This document shows positions 17,791 through 26,324 of a stretch of 39,770 nt of DNA, piece by piece. This DNA is from a virus (Duplodnaviria > Caudoviricetes): positions 1 to 39,770 of the IMG/VR virus record IMGVR_UViG_3300031954_000029. One strand, 5' to 3'. The notes below the pieces were generated by a model. It was not told where the DNA came from. It saw nothing but the letters and a program-made list of their open reading frames with translations, and did no database searches. The position numbers were made by a program, and so were the translations under genes. Position 1 is the first letter of the stretch; the number at the start of each line of letters is the position of its first letter.

Positions 17791-20246
17791 TGGCGGTTTT
17801 GAAGTACTACGACCAACCCTCTGCCACCTACGTCACCCTGCCTGGCCTGCCAGGGGCGCAGGGACCAACCGGTGCGGCTGGACCCACGGGGCCGACTGGA
17901 GCGACCGGTACCGCCAGCCAGGTCAGTTGCCGGGCGCACCGGGCTGCTGCCTACAGCATTCTAACTTCGTTGTCCCCTCTGGCCTGGGATGTCGTTGATT
18001 TGGATACCAACGGCGCTTACAACACCTCCACTGGGGCATACACGATCCCCGTGGCTGGTAGATACCGTGTCTCCGGTCAGATCATGGGGACAGTGGCCGG
18101 AACCAATCAACTCCAGGTTTCAATCTATAGAAACGGAGTGTTGTTCTGCAATCAACAGTCTGCTGCGGTTACTACTGCTCAAAACCTGTGGGCACAGGCT
18201 ATCGACACTGTTAACTGTTCGGTGGGCGACACCATAACCTTCCAGGTTAACGCCACCACTCAGGTGGGATTGAACCCCAGCCCCTACAACAGCTTTATGA
18301 CCATCGACCTGCTGGGCGCAGGCGTCGGCCCCACGGGTGCGGTTGGTCCGACCGGCCCCAGTGGCACCATCACCGACAGCGGCTGGCACTGGGTCAACGG
18401 TCCTGGTGAGCCGACATCATCTTCGGCAACCTATGACACTGCTGGTAACTCCTGGAGTGCGCCCAGGTTCCGACGTGATGCGGCGGGGTGCGTGTTTCTG
18501 GATGGGCTGTTTGGAGGTGTTCCAGCCGGTCCCATCACTTTTTTCACCCTTCCCCCAGGGTATCGGCCTGCTTATGAGCTTAGGTTTGAAACAACGCCAG
18601 GGGTTTACATACGGGTATTGCCCACTGGTGATGTGATCTGTGCTGCTAACTCAGTACCTGCAAGTTACAACGCCTTGAACGGCGTGACCTTCATGGCTGA
18701 GGATTACCAGTCCATCAACTGGACGTACCCCACGCCTCAGAACGGCTGGACGAACCTGGGCCAGGGCTGTGCGCCTCTCCGTTACTTCCTGGACTCTGCC
18801 GGTGACGCTCATCTGTCCGGTGTGATCACAGGAGGGGCAGCCGCCAACACCATCTTCATGACATCGTTCACTTGGGACTTCGATCAGATCTTTGCTGCGG
18901 CGTGCGCTCCTGGTAGTGGAACATCTACTTGTCGAATCGATTGTCATGCCAGTGGAGGCATCAACACCAACGGTTATATCGGTGGTGGTACGAACGCCTG
19001 GGTGTCGCTGGACGGGATCGTCATATCCAACGTCGGCGGGACGTGGTGGGCACCCGCTCTGTCGAACAGTTGGGTGAACTACGGAGGTGGTTGGGCAGGA
19101 CTGGGATTCTCGATCAACAAGAACGGTGTGGTCAGTATGCGGGGGCTGGTCAGGAGTGGGACGACAACCGGGGGCACTCTTATCGCTGCGGCGGGAGCGA
19201 TTCCCTATCCTCCCACTTATCAGATTCCGTTCTTTCAATCAGCTAACGCAGGTCAAGCCCGATGTGATGCCGCAACAAACGGTGGTATCACCTTCCAACA
19301 GTTCTTCAGTGGTGGAACCAATGGTTATGTGGCCGTACAGGGCCGTTGGCTCACTGAAGCATCGGAAGGATCAGGGGCCAGTCAACAGGGAGCTATTGGA
19401 CCCACGGGGGCAACAGGACCGGCAGGGGCGTCCTCGCCTCTGTCTTCGTGGGTCCAGACCCTGACTGCCCCCACCGCGGTGTCTTCGCCCTACACCATCA
19501 CTCATAATCTGGGCACTACCAATGTCCTGGTGCAGATGTATGACGCGGTGACCACTCAGCAAGTCCAGGCCCAGGTCAGCGTGCTGAACAATAATCAGAT
19601 CCAGGTCAGCGTCGCCACCAACATGCCCAACAACGTGAATGTGGTGATCATGGGGGCACCTACTTCACCGATCTCGCTCTTTCCAGGGGATCTCGCCACC
19701 AAGGCGTACGTGGATGCTCGTACTCCCAACCTGCCGGCTCCTATCACATCAGGCTCAGGAGTCAACAGCTTCACTGACGCCCTGGGAGATGTATGGGTGG
19801 CTGCCAATGGCGTGTATAACGGAGCCTGGAAACGGGCCACTGACGTGATGCACTCCAGGGTGACCAGGAATAGTGCTTTCAACATCACCACCACTATCAC
19901 CCACCTCGGCATGGATGGGGTGATCAACGACCCCTATGGAATCTACGCATCTGGTTGGACGGTCCCCATCGGTGGTGTCTGGTTGCTCGGTGGTGTTGCA
20001 GGTATGAATACCATTGCCAATGGTTGGTTCCGGTTCAGGTACTACCTGAACAGTGTTTTTCAGAGTTTTCTTGGCTTGATCAGCCTGAGTACCGCCATAG
20101 GCGGGGTTTGCAGCTTCACTTCAATGCCACTGAAACTCAATGCTGGTGATATCGTACAGATTTTTGCTGACGGTAGTGCTACTACTGCATTGCTTACTGG
20201 TGTGAACTACACCACTGCTTCGCTTGACTACCTGGGGGCAGGATGA
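17790..20246 (+). CDS. tail fibre/receptor-binding protein (multi-domain)
   Basis: Short collagen linkers separate a C1q-like domain, three W..P..NGW.N...G.V.L.G repeats (FTLPPGYRP), a THNL module and a second C1q-like domain. Confidence 0.75.
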   Translation: MAVLKYYDQPSATYVTLPGLPGAQGPTGAAGPTGPTGATGTASQVSCRAHRAAAYSILTSLSPLAWDVVDLDTNGAYNTSTGAYTIPVAGRYRVSGQIMGTVAGTNQLQVSIYRNGVLFCNQQSAAVTTAQNLWAQAIDTVNCSVGDTITFQVNATTQVGLNPSPYNSFMTIDLLGAGVGPTGAVGPTGPSGTITDSGWHWVNGPGEPTSSSATYDTAGNSWSAPRFRRDAAGCVFLDGLFGGVPAGPITFFTLPPGYRPAYELRFETTPGVYIRVLPTGDVICAANSVPASYNALNGVTFMAEDYQSINWTYPTPQNGWTNLGQGCAPLRYFLDSAGDAHLSGVITGGAAANTIFMTSFTWDFDQIFAAACAPGSGTSTCRIDCHASGGINTNGYIGGGTNAWVSLDGIVISNVGGTWWAPALSNSWVNYGGGWAGLGFSINKNGVVSMRGLVRSGTTTGGTLIAAAGAIPYPPTYQIPFFQSANAGQARCDAATNGGITFQQFFSGGTNGYVAVQGRWLTEASEGSGASQQGAIGPTGATGPAGASSPLSSWVQTLTAPTAVSSPYTITHNLGTTNVLVQMYDAVTTQQVQAQVSVLNNNQIQVSVATNMPNNVNVVIMGAPTSPISLFPGDLATKAYVDARTPNLPAPITSGSGVNSFTDALGDVWVAANGVYNGAWKRATDVMHSRVTRNSAFNITTTITHLGMDGVINDPYGIYASGWTVPIGGVWLLGGVAGMNTIANGWFRFRYYLNSVFQSFLGLISLSTAIGGVCSFTSMPLKLNAGDIVQIFADGSATTALLTGVNYTTASLDYLGAG

Positions 20247-20806
20247 CACTTCTCGATTACGCCAACTGGGTGCCGTTGCCTGCTCCTCTGGCAGCAGCCG
20301 CACCTTTCTCTAGCTTTACTTCTCCTGATGGGGAGGTGTGGGTAGCTAAGGGTGGGATAGCCGGTGGAGCCTGGCGTCGGGCCAGGGATGTGTTGCATGT
20401 TTTCATCAGTCGGACAGGAACTGCGGCTCTTGCTGGCAATAACTCCTTAATCCCTTACGACACTGTTCAGGCTGACCCGATGGGACTCGGCATCACTAGT
20501 AACGGATTCTCTTGCCCCATTGCCGGGTCTTACCAGATACACGGTCAGTACATGTACACTTCCACTGCGGTCAATCAACCGTACTCTTTGGGTATCTGTA
20601 GAAATGGTGCTGCACAGAGACTGGGAGAGATCGCTCTGTCGAATGCTTCTGGCAATGTGGTTTGCGCCACCGTTGATGGCACCATGAGCGACTTGAGTGC
20701 CGGTGATCTCATGCAGATTTATACCAACTATTCACCGGCTATATCTGCGTCTGGCGGCGTCGCTTACACCCACATGACCGCCAGGTATATAGGAGGGCAC
20801 TCATGA
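20243..20806 (+). CDS. fibre-related protein with C1q-like domain
   Basis: Paralogous to the C-terminus of the preceding gene (SFT..DGEVWVA.GG..GGAWRRARDVLH); FSCPIAGSYQI. Confidence 0.65.
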   Translation: MTLLDYANWVPLPAPLAAAAPFSSFTSPDGEVWVAKGGIAGGAWRRARDVLHVFISRTGTAALAGNNSLIPYDTVQADPMGLGITSNGFSCPIAGSYQIHGQYMYTSTAVNQPYSLGICRNGAAQRLGEIALSNASGNVVCATVDGTMSDLSAGDLMQIYTNYSPAISASGGVAYTHMTARYIGGHS

Positions 20807-21141
20807 TCACCAGCCCTCGTCCGGTAGCCCTGCAAAATAGTGGCGACATCTACCAGGAGCTTGGCCCCAACTATTCCAGCCAGGAGCTACTGGTCACGGC
20901 TGCCCTGCGGACGGCCATGATCCCTGGTGACGAGATCGTGGCTGAGGTGCGGCCACCCATCTGTCTGGAGCCATTCCCACCGCGGTACGGCTACCCGTCT
21001 TACCAGGAGCGCCAGGACAGCATCGAGGCAGTGCTCGATGTGAACCGGAGCTACCCTCCGAACCGGAGGTGGGATCTTAGTGGAGGGGTCGCGGGCTGGC
21101 AGGGTGCAGCGCGTAACGTGGGCGTTGAGGAGGTGTGGTAA
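20803..21141 (+). CDS. hypothetical protein
   Basis: AGGAGG RBS; ATGA and TAATG overlaps. Confidence 0.6.
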   Translation: MITSPRPVALQNSGDIYQELGPNYSSQELLVTAALRTAMIPGDEIVAEVRPPICLEPFPPRYGYPSYQERQDSIEAVLDVNRSYPPNRRWDLSGGVAGWQGAARNVGVEEVW

Positions 21142-21695
21142 TGACTTTGCATGTCGGTCATGGCATTGGGGGCACGCCCCAGGGCATCGGTCCTATAGGC
21201 GACCTCGCGCCGCCGGCTCGCCCCATGCATGGCCGCGTCGTCGGCCTCATCCCCATGTTGAAGTTCGCGGGCGACGTTGTCGGCCCCCTGGCTCAGGCTC
21301 GTACCAACGCCAGGAAGAACGCCAGGGACTTCAATGACACCGAGACCACTCGCATCGAGGGCCAGGCCGGCGGCAAGACGATCCATACCGGTGGCCCCAG
21401 GGGAGGCGGTCCCAAGCCATTCAACGTGGGCATGGCCGGCGGTGGCCGAACATCCACGACAAGCGCGCAGGCGGCGGAAGACGAGGCGAGGGAGGCACGG
21501 GCCAAGCAAGCTGGCCGGGAGAACCGGGCCGCTTACACCCGCTGGATGGGCACGTCCAGGCGACCACCGCGTCAGCCCTGGGGTGGCGAGCCTGAGGCTG
21601 AGACTCCTTTCAGTGAGGAGTACGAGCCGAAGCACATGAAGAAGCCGCCCAGGAAGACCATGGACACATCCAACATGAGAGATTGGACACCCTGA
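21141..21695 (+). CDS. hypothetical protein (Gly/Arg-rich, likely disordered)
   Basis: ATG 21141 in TAATG overlap after GAGGAGG. Confidence 0.6.
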   Translation: MTLHVGHGIGGTPQGIGPIGDLAPPARPMHGRVVGLIPMLKFAGDVVGPLAQARTNARKNARDFNDTETTRIEGQAGGKTIHTGGPRGGGPKPFNVGMAGGGRTSTTSAQAAEDEAREARAKQAGRENRAAYTRWMGTSRRPPRQPWGGEPEAETPFSEEYEPKHMKKPPRKTMDTSNMRDWTP

Positions 21696-21949
21696 TGGCT
21701 GAGAACAAAGACCGCAGCATGAACGCCGAACTCATCGACGGGATGGTCGACGGGACGTACAAGCGCGTCATTATGGGCCGGTCGCTCTACCCAGACCCTG
21801 ATCGCCGGCTCCAGCGGGCCGACAGGCTCGACCTGAACCATGGCTACGGGGGCTATGGCATCTGCGAGGCTCCGGAGAAGCGCACCCCAGATGGGCGCTT
21901 CACTCACGACTTGGGGTTCATCCCGCCTGAGGCGGGGCGGGTGGTTTAG
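21695..21949 (+). CDS. hypothetical protein
   Basis: TGATG overlap; MAENKDRSMNAELIDGMVDGTYKR. Confidence 0.6.
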   Translation: MAENKDRSMNAELIDGMVDGTYKRVIMGRSLYPDPDRRLQRADRLDLNHGYGGYGICEAPEKRTPDGRFTHDLGFIPPEAGRVV

Positions 21950-21979
21950 ATTCCACGGTTACTTGTCTGCCGGGAGTGC

Positions 21980-22474
21980 ATGACGATTGAGCAACTCCCG
22001 CTCTATGACGGGCCTCCCCAGCTTGAGGCCAGCGACCCCCTTCTGGATAACATCGTGCGCCGGCATGTTCAGAAGCACGGTGACATGAAGACAGACAGCG
22101 CCGCCCTCCTGGTGGCGTCGGAAGACTCCTGTACCTGCCCCTCGTGCAAGGGCCGCGCCGGCAGTTTCTGGGATGTCCATCGCACTGAGGTGCTCTCGGG
22201 CCTCAAGGAGCGGTGGACAGGGTTCCATCCGGAGTTCTATGCGACGAAGGACACCTATCGGGAAGACGCCATGCGGTGCTTCAACCTGCACCGCCGGCCT
22301 CAGGGCACCGACTGCATCGACTACCGGGACGATAATCGCAAGCTGTCGGGTAGGAACTGGCCCCAGGACAAGGCGGTCTACCTCTGTGATTTCTGCCCGG
22401 TGAAGACCGCGGTGGACACAGCCATCCGGCACGCGGCTGGCATGTACAAGAGAGCGCCAGGCGAAGTTGACTGA
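21980..22474 (+). CDS. hypothetical Cys-rich protein (possible Zn-binding)
   Basis: GGGAG RBS; CTCPSC, C...H...C and CDFC motifs. Confidence 0.65.
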   Translation: MTIEQLPLYDGPPQLEASDPLLDNIVRRHVQKHGDMKTDSAALLVASEDSCTCPSCKGRAGSFWDVHRTEVLSGLKERWTGFHPEFYATKDTYREDAMRCFNLHRRPQGTDCIDYRDDNRKLSGRNWPQDKAVYLCDFCPVKTAVDTAIRHAAGMYKRAPGEVD

Positions 22475-22751
22475 GATGAACGGCTCGGAGCCGACGCCCC
22501 AGGAGGTCGTGACCCTCTTCCTCATCGTGATCGACCTGGATGGCTCTTCTAGAGCGATCCTGAACACCGAAGAGCGGTTCATGGCCCAGCGTCAGGCCAC
22601 CCCGAAGGATGTCTACCCGGCGGTGGCGAACGTGCTGGCCGATTTCCAGGGCCTCAAGACCGCGGAGGCCATGGTCAGTTTCCAGATGCAGATGGCCCGC
22701 TCTGCCCAGGAGGCGAGTCAGGCGGCTGCCAGTCGACAGGAGGACAAGTGA
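22467..22751 (+). CDS. hypothetical protein
   Basis: Coupled ORF with high-GC3 codons; start is TTG 22467 or ATG 22476. Confidence 0.6.
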   Translation: MTEMNGSEPTPQEVVTLFLIVIDLDGSSRAILNTEERFMAQRQATPKDVYPAVANVLADFQGLKTAEAMVSFQMQMARSAQEASQAAASRQEDK

Positions 22752-23374
22752 GCTACGCCGACATCGCCGCCCTTGCCAAGGATGAAGCGTTCCAAGAGCG
22801 GGTCAAGGTCAGCGCCACCATCGATTGCCAGACCCATCTGGACGATCCCAACCGGGCTGACTGGTCGAACCTGGCCTACGACACTCTGCGGGGTGCGGAT
22901 CATGTGATGGACACCTTCATCCGGTTCGTGGCGCAGACTACCGGTATTGCGGACGGCTATCTACCTACCATTGATCAGACGACGATCACCGACGAGGCCA
23001 TCTCGACCGCGGTCGATGCGGCCTACCCCATCATCGCCAGCCTGTGGTACAACCCAGACGGCACCCCTTGGGGCGGGGCTATGCACCCACCTGTTGGGGA
23101 GGAGGTGCCGCCCATCGAGGAAGTGCCCCCTGCCATCACGTCATTTGATCCCATCAGTGGTGGGGCAGACACCCTGGTCACCATCATCGGGGTGGGCCTG
23201 ACCAACACGGCCAGGGTGAACATTGGCGCTGACTGCGGCAATTTGACCGTGGTCGATGACACCCAGGTGACCTGCACCATCGCCAACCCCAGGCCCTCCA
23301 AGGGGTTCTACGACGTGATAGTCGAGATCAACGCCATCAACTACACCGCGGCCACCCAGTTCCAGATCACCTGA
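22748..23374 (+). CDS. IPT/TIG (Ig-like) domain protein
   Basis: PAITSFDPISGG.DT.VTI.G.GL....V.IG..C....VVDDTQVTCT. Confidence 0.7.
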   Translation: MSYADIAALAKDEAFQERVKVSATIDCQTHLDDPNRADWSNLAYDTLRGADHVMDTFIRFVAQTTGIADGYLPTIDQTTITDEAISTAVDAAYPIIASLWYNPDGTPWGGAMHPPVGEEVPPIEEVPPAITSFDPISGGADTLVTIIGVGLTNTARVNIGADCGNLTVVDDTQVTCTIANPRPSKGFYDVIVEINAINYTAATQFQIT

Positions 23375-23413
23375 GAACTGTCTCTAGAGGCCCCTGTGGC
23401 CCCCTGTGACCGC

Positions 23414-23614
23414 CTACAGCCGACTTTGGGTAGTCCAGCCCTCTGTCCACTGGTAGGCGTCCTGGAGGGGCACTGAGGGGCTGTGATCGTGGCCGCAGTT
23501 CCACTGTCCAGACCAGCGGTCCTGGAGGCAAGGCGGCGGGGAGTCAGCCACCTGGAACTTGCGCCCTGAGGGCCGTAGCTCCTGACTAGTGACGATCCCC
23601 TTCTGAGTCGCCAT
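23414..23614 (-). CDS. hypothetical protein (66 aa)
   Basis: ATG 23614 in TGATG overlap with the upstream gene; MATQKGIVTSQELRP. Confidence 0.5.
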   Translation of the reverse strand: MATQKGIVTSQELRPSGRKFQVADSPPPCLQDRWSGQWNCGHDHSPSVPLQDAYQWTEGWTTQSRL

Positions 23615-24201
23615 CAGGTGTAGGTGAAGCTGGCTGCCTTGTAGGCGTTGCCGTTGGGTCCGGACACCGACACTCCCGTGATCCCTGGGCACTCACCAGG
23701 AGGAGCGACACAGGTGATCGAGGTGGCACTGACCACTACCACGCTGGTCGCGGCCCGCCCGCCCATGGTCACGGTGCAGCCGGCGGCGAAGCCGGTGCCA
23801 GTCAAGGTCAGGGCTGTGGCAGACCTCGTGCCTCCGGTGGCTGGGGCCACGGTGGTCAAGGTCGAAGTCGAGGCTGGCACCAGGCCCGCCACCGCGGTTA
23901 GCTGGTTGGTGACCAGGGTCTGCTCGGCGGTCCACCTGTTCTTGAACGACCCGTTGGTGCCAGTGCCAGGGTTGAGGTTGGCGGTGTTGGCAGAGCAGTC
24001 GGTGCGGTTGGCGTTGGCCGGCGGGGACGTGTTGGGAGCGTCAGGGAAGGGCACTGGGCTGATCGGCACCCCGGTGGGCTGGGTTACGGTCCCCCCAGGG
24101 GAGGTGCTGTACCCGCTGCCGTCCTGGGGAGCGGTGTTCTGATAGCGAGCTACGGGCTGTACCGGTAGCTCCTGAGGGTAGAAGTGGGTGACGAAGCTCA
24201 T
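23614..24201 (-). CDS. IPT/TIG domain protein with N-terminal PxELP motif
   Basis: LTTVAPATG....T.LTLTGTGF..G.TVT.GG..ATSVVVVSATSITCVAP. Confidence 0.7.
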   Translation of the reverse strand: MSFVTHFYPQELPVQPVARYQNTAPQDGSGYSTSPGGTVTQPTGVPISPVPFPDAPNTSPPANANRTDCSANTANLNPGTGTNGSFKNRWTAEQTLVTNQLTAVAGLVPASTSTLTTVAPATGGTRSATALTLTGTGFAAGCTVTMGGRAATSVVVVSATSITCVAPPGECPGITGVSVSGPNGNAYKAASFTYT

Positions 24202-24545
24202 GGCGTGGTCCCCACGACGGTGATGTCCCGGTTGAGGTTGTCGGCGCGGCCCTGGAGCCTGGCCTGCTCGACAGCCAGGCTGGCGTTGGCAGTCGAGGTG
24301 CGGCTCACGGCTCCGGTGGGCGGTACGTCAGTGAAGGAGGACTGCCCGCCGGCCCCGTTGGTGTTGCCCACCAGGGGAGAGGAACTCCAGGTGGTCTTGG
24401 CCGGGTCCACGATGGAGATGAGGAAGGGGTTGCCAGGGGAGTTGGGCGTGCCACTGCCGGCCACGGTGTAGAGGGCGGCGGCGTTCTGATTGGCCGGCAA
24501 CTCCAGGGGGTGGATCTGATACGGACCCTGGTAGGGCGCGGCCAT
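24198..24545 (-). CDS. hypothetical protein with PxELPAN motif
   Basis: Coupled overlaps on both sides; IHPLELPANQNAA. Confidence 0.6.
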   Translation of the reverse strand: MAAPYQGPYQIHPLELPANQNAAALYTVAGSGTPNSPGNPFLISIVDPAKTTWSSSPLVGNTNGAGGQSSFTDVPPTGAVSRTSTANASLAVEQARLQGRADNLNRDITVVGTTP

Positions 24546-24961
24546 CAGGCGTTGGCTTTCTCAGCCGCCTTGGCAGCCTTCTCTTCCTCCCGCTTGGCCT
24601 TGGCCTCAGCCTGCTTGGCCGCGTGCTCGTGGAAGTCACTGCTGCCACCTTCCAGGCGAGGATCGTCGCTGATGTCAGCTACGACCTCCTGGACGTTGTC
24701 CTGGTGCTCCTGGATGGCTGCCTCTGCCTGGGCCTTGCGCTCGTCGGAGATCGGGGCGTCAGGGTCGACGGCCACGTTCCCGGTGGCGACGATGGCGCTG
24801 GCTGCCGCGGTGTTTGCCGGTAGCTCATAGGGGGAGATGACTTGCTTGTAGGGGTCGACATACTCGGGCTGAGGCGGGGGAGTTTCCGCTTGCTGCTCTA
24901 CCTCGGCCTCAGCCTGGTGGGTCGTCCTGCGATGGGGTGCGTGCTCTTGGTCGTCTGCCAT
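24545..24961 (-). CDS. hypothetical acidic protein with PxELPAN motif
   Basis: ISPYELPANTAAA; charged helical C-terminus. Confidence 0.6.
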   Translation of the reverse strand: MADDQEHAPHRRTTHQAEAEVEQQAETPPPQPEYVDPYKQVISPYELPANTAAASAIVATGNVAVDPDAPISDERKAQAEAAIQEHQDNVQEVVADISDDPRLEGGSSDFHEHAAKQAEAKAKREEEKAAKAAEKANA

Positions 24962-24964
24962 GCC

Positions 24965-25276
24965 CTAAGTCTTACCCACCGCCTCCTGCTCCCCTGTGTC
25001 ACTCGATGCCCAAGGGTCTTCGGTGGCCGTCCCGAAAATCATGGCCGGCGTGGTCTCCAAAAATGGCTGCATCATGCAGGACTGATGGATCTTGGCCCTG
25101 ACGAGGCCCTGGGGCAGGGGGACGTGGCCCACCCAGTCTAGGGTGAGGGGCCAGTTCACCCCAGGAGTGAGCACCAGGGCACCCAGGTGCTTGATGCAGG
25201 ATCTGGCCGGCGGTTCGGGCCGGCGGTCGATCAGGTAGGCATCCGGCCAGTCACATGGCTCTCGCCAGTCGCACAC
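24965..25276 (-). CDS. hypothetical protein (start uncertain)
   Basis: C....C...C..H pattern from GTG 25276; stop lies 3 nt before the next gene. Confidence 0.4.
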   Translation of the reverse strand: MCDWREPCDWPDAYLIDRRPEPPARSCIKHLGALVLTPGVNWPLTLDWVGHVPLPQGLVRAKIHQSCMMQPFLETTPAMIFGTATEDPWASSDTGEQEAVGKT

Positions 25277-25289
25277 TACGCTTGACTCT

Positions 25290-25514
25290 ATGCCAGAACT
25301 CGCGGCTGCCCCAGAGCTACTTGGTGCCGGCGCTGAGGGTGCCGGTGCTGGCGGGATGGGCGAGATGGGAGGCATGGACTTCAACGACATGCCCTTCCAG
25401 AAAATCGCTGGTCAGATGGGCGGCAAGCTCGTCCACGCGGCCATGGGAGCCATCGGTACCCACGGTGGTGACCAGGAGACCGCCAACATCGGGCCTGTCG
25501 GCAAGATCACCTGA
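25290..25514 (+). CDS. hypothetical Gly/Met-rich protein, leaderless
   Basis: TACGCT 7 nt before ATG; followed by a hairpin. Confidence 0.5.
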   Translation: MPELAAAPELLGAGAEGAGAGGMGEMGGMDFNDMPFQKIAGQMGGKLVHAAMGAIGTHGGDQETANIGPVGKIT

Positions 25515-25518
25515 CGCG

Positions 25519-25544
25519 AAGCGGCCCCCCGAAGGGGGCCACTT
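25519..25544. terminator. GC-rich hairpin between convergent genes
   Basis: AAGCGGCCCCC-CGAA-GGGGGCCACTT; forms a C(UUCG)G tetraloop on the minus strand. Confidence 0.6.
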
Positions 25545-25683
25545 GCATGGCTACACATGGCTACCACACCATGACCGCAGCGAACCGTCCCGAAAGGAGG
25601 ATGGATCCCGGTGATGTCAGAGTACCAGATTTTTTGGCTAGGCAAGTCGTATGGGGCTGAGCAGGTGGGGCTAGGCCAGTCGG

Positions 25684-26091
25684 TTAGGATGCTTGCCGCG
25701 CAAGCACCCGGCGGGGGATCGTGACCTCAGTACCGTCAGCCTTGCGACGAATGTGCTCGTTGACCACGACCTGGCCGCTCTTCAAGTTGTACCTCTCCAT
25801 GAACTCCTGGAGGCAGCGGCGAGCCAGGGTCTGCTGGACGTACTGGTAGGGCCAGTCGTTGAGATCTCGTGAGATCTCCATGATCCCCATACCGCCCAGG
25901 AACATCTCAACGATGACCTCGTCGCGGATCTGATTCTCGTCCCACTTGGACATGGGCGTGTCGGAGCAGTCTTCGCTACACCAAAACACGAACCGTCCTA
26001 TGCGGCGACGCCAGCCCATGAACGCACCGCAGCAGCGGCAGCGCATCTCCTGGAGTTCCTCACCGTCCTGCGAGGTGCGGGTCTCGGGCAT
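25684..26091 (-). CDS. Zn-finger plus HTH-like protein
   Basis: CRCCG...WCSEDC; RDEVIVEMFLGGMGIMEISRDL...YVQQTLAR resembles a helix-turn-helix. Confidence 0.55.
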   Translation of the reverse strand: MPETRTSQDGEELQEMRCRCCGAFMGWRRRIGRFVFWCSEDCSDTPMSKWDENQIRDEVIVEMFLGGMGIMEISRDLNDWPYQYVQQTLARRCLQEFMERYNLKSGQVVVNEHIRRKADGTEVTIPRRVLARQAS

Positions 26092-26324
26092 CAGCTTGCC
26101 TTCCTGAGGGCGGCGATGACCTCATCCAGGTAGCTGGCTGGGAACACTGCACCGGACATGTTCTGCCCGGTGGGGATCAGGTTGATGCCCACTCTGATGT
26201 AGTCATCAGAGGTGCCAGTCGGGATGCGGGTGATCCTGACCTCTCTGTTGTCGCCCAGCTTGACCCGGCTCACGATCTTGGGCGGGCGGATCGTCCGGAC
26301 AGGGGTCTTCTTACTTTCTGACAT
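26091..26324 (-). CDS. small protein, possible PC4-like ssDNA-binding fold
   Basis: Beta strands (REVRIT, YIRVGI), then G..FP..YLDEVIAALR helix. Confidence 0.4.
   Translation of the reverse strand: MSESKKTPVRTIRPPKIVSRVKLGDNREVRITRIPTGTSDDYIRVGINLIPTGQNMSGAVFPASYLDEVIAALRKAS

Noticed and set aside
17360-20806. Diversity-generating retroelement targets in fibre C-termini
   Set aside because: No reverse transcriptase and no near-identical TR/VR pair differing at adenines seen in this window
23389-23411. GGCCCCTGTG tandem duplication between convergent genes
   Set aside because: Only two short copies; no evident function
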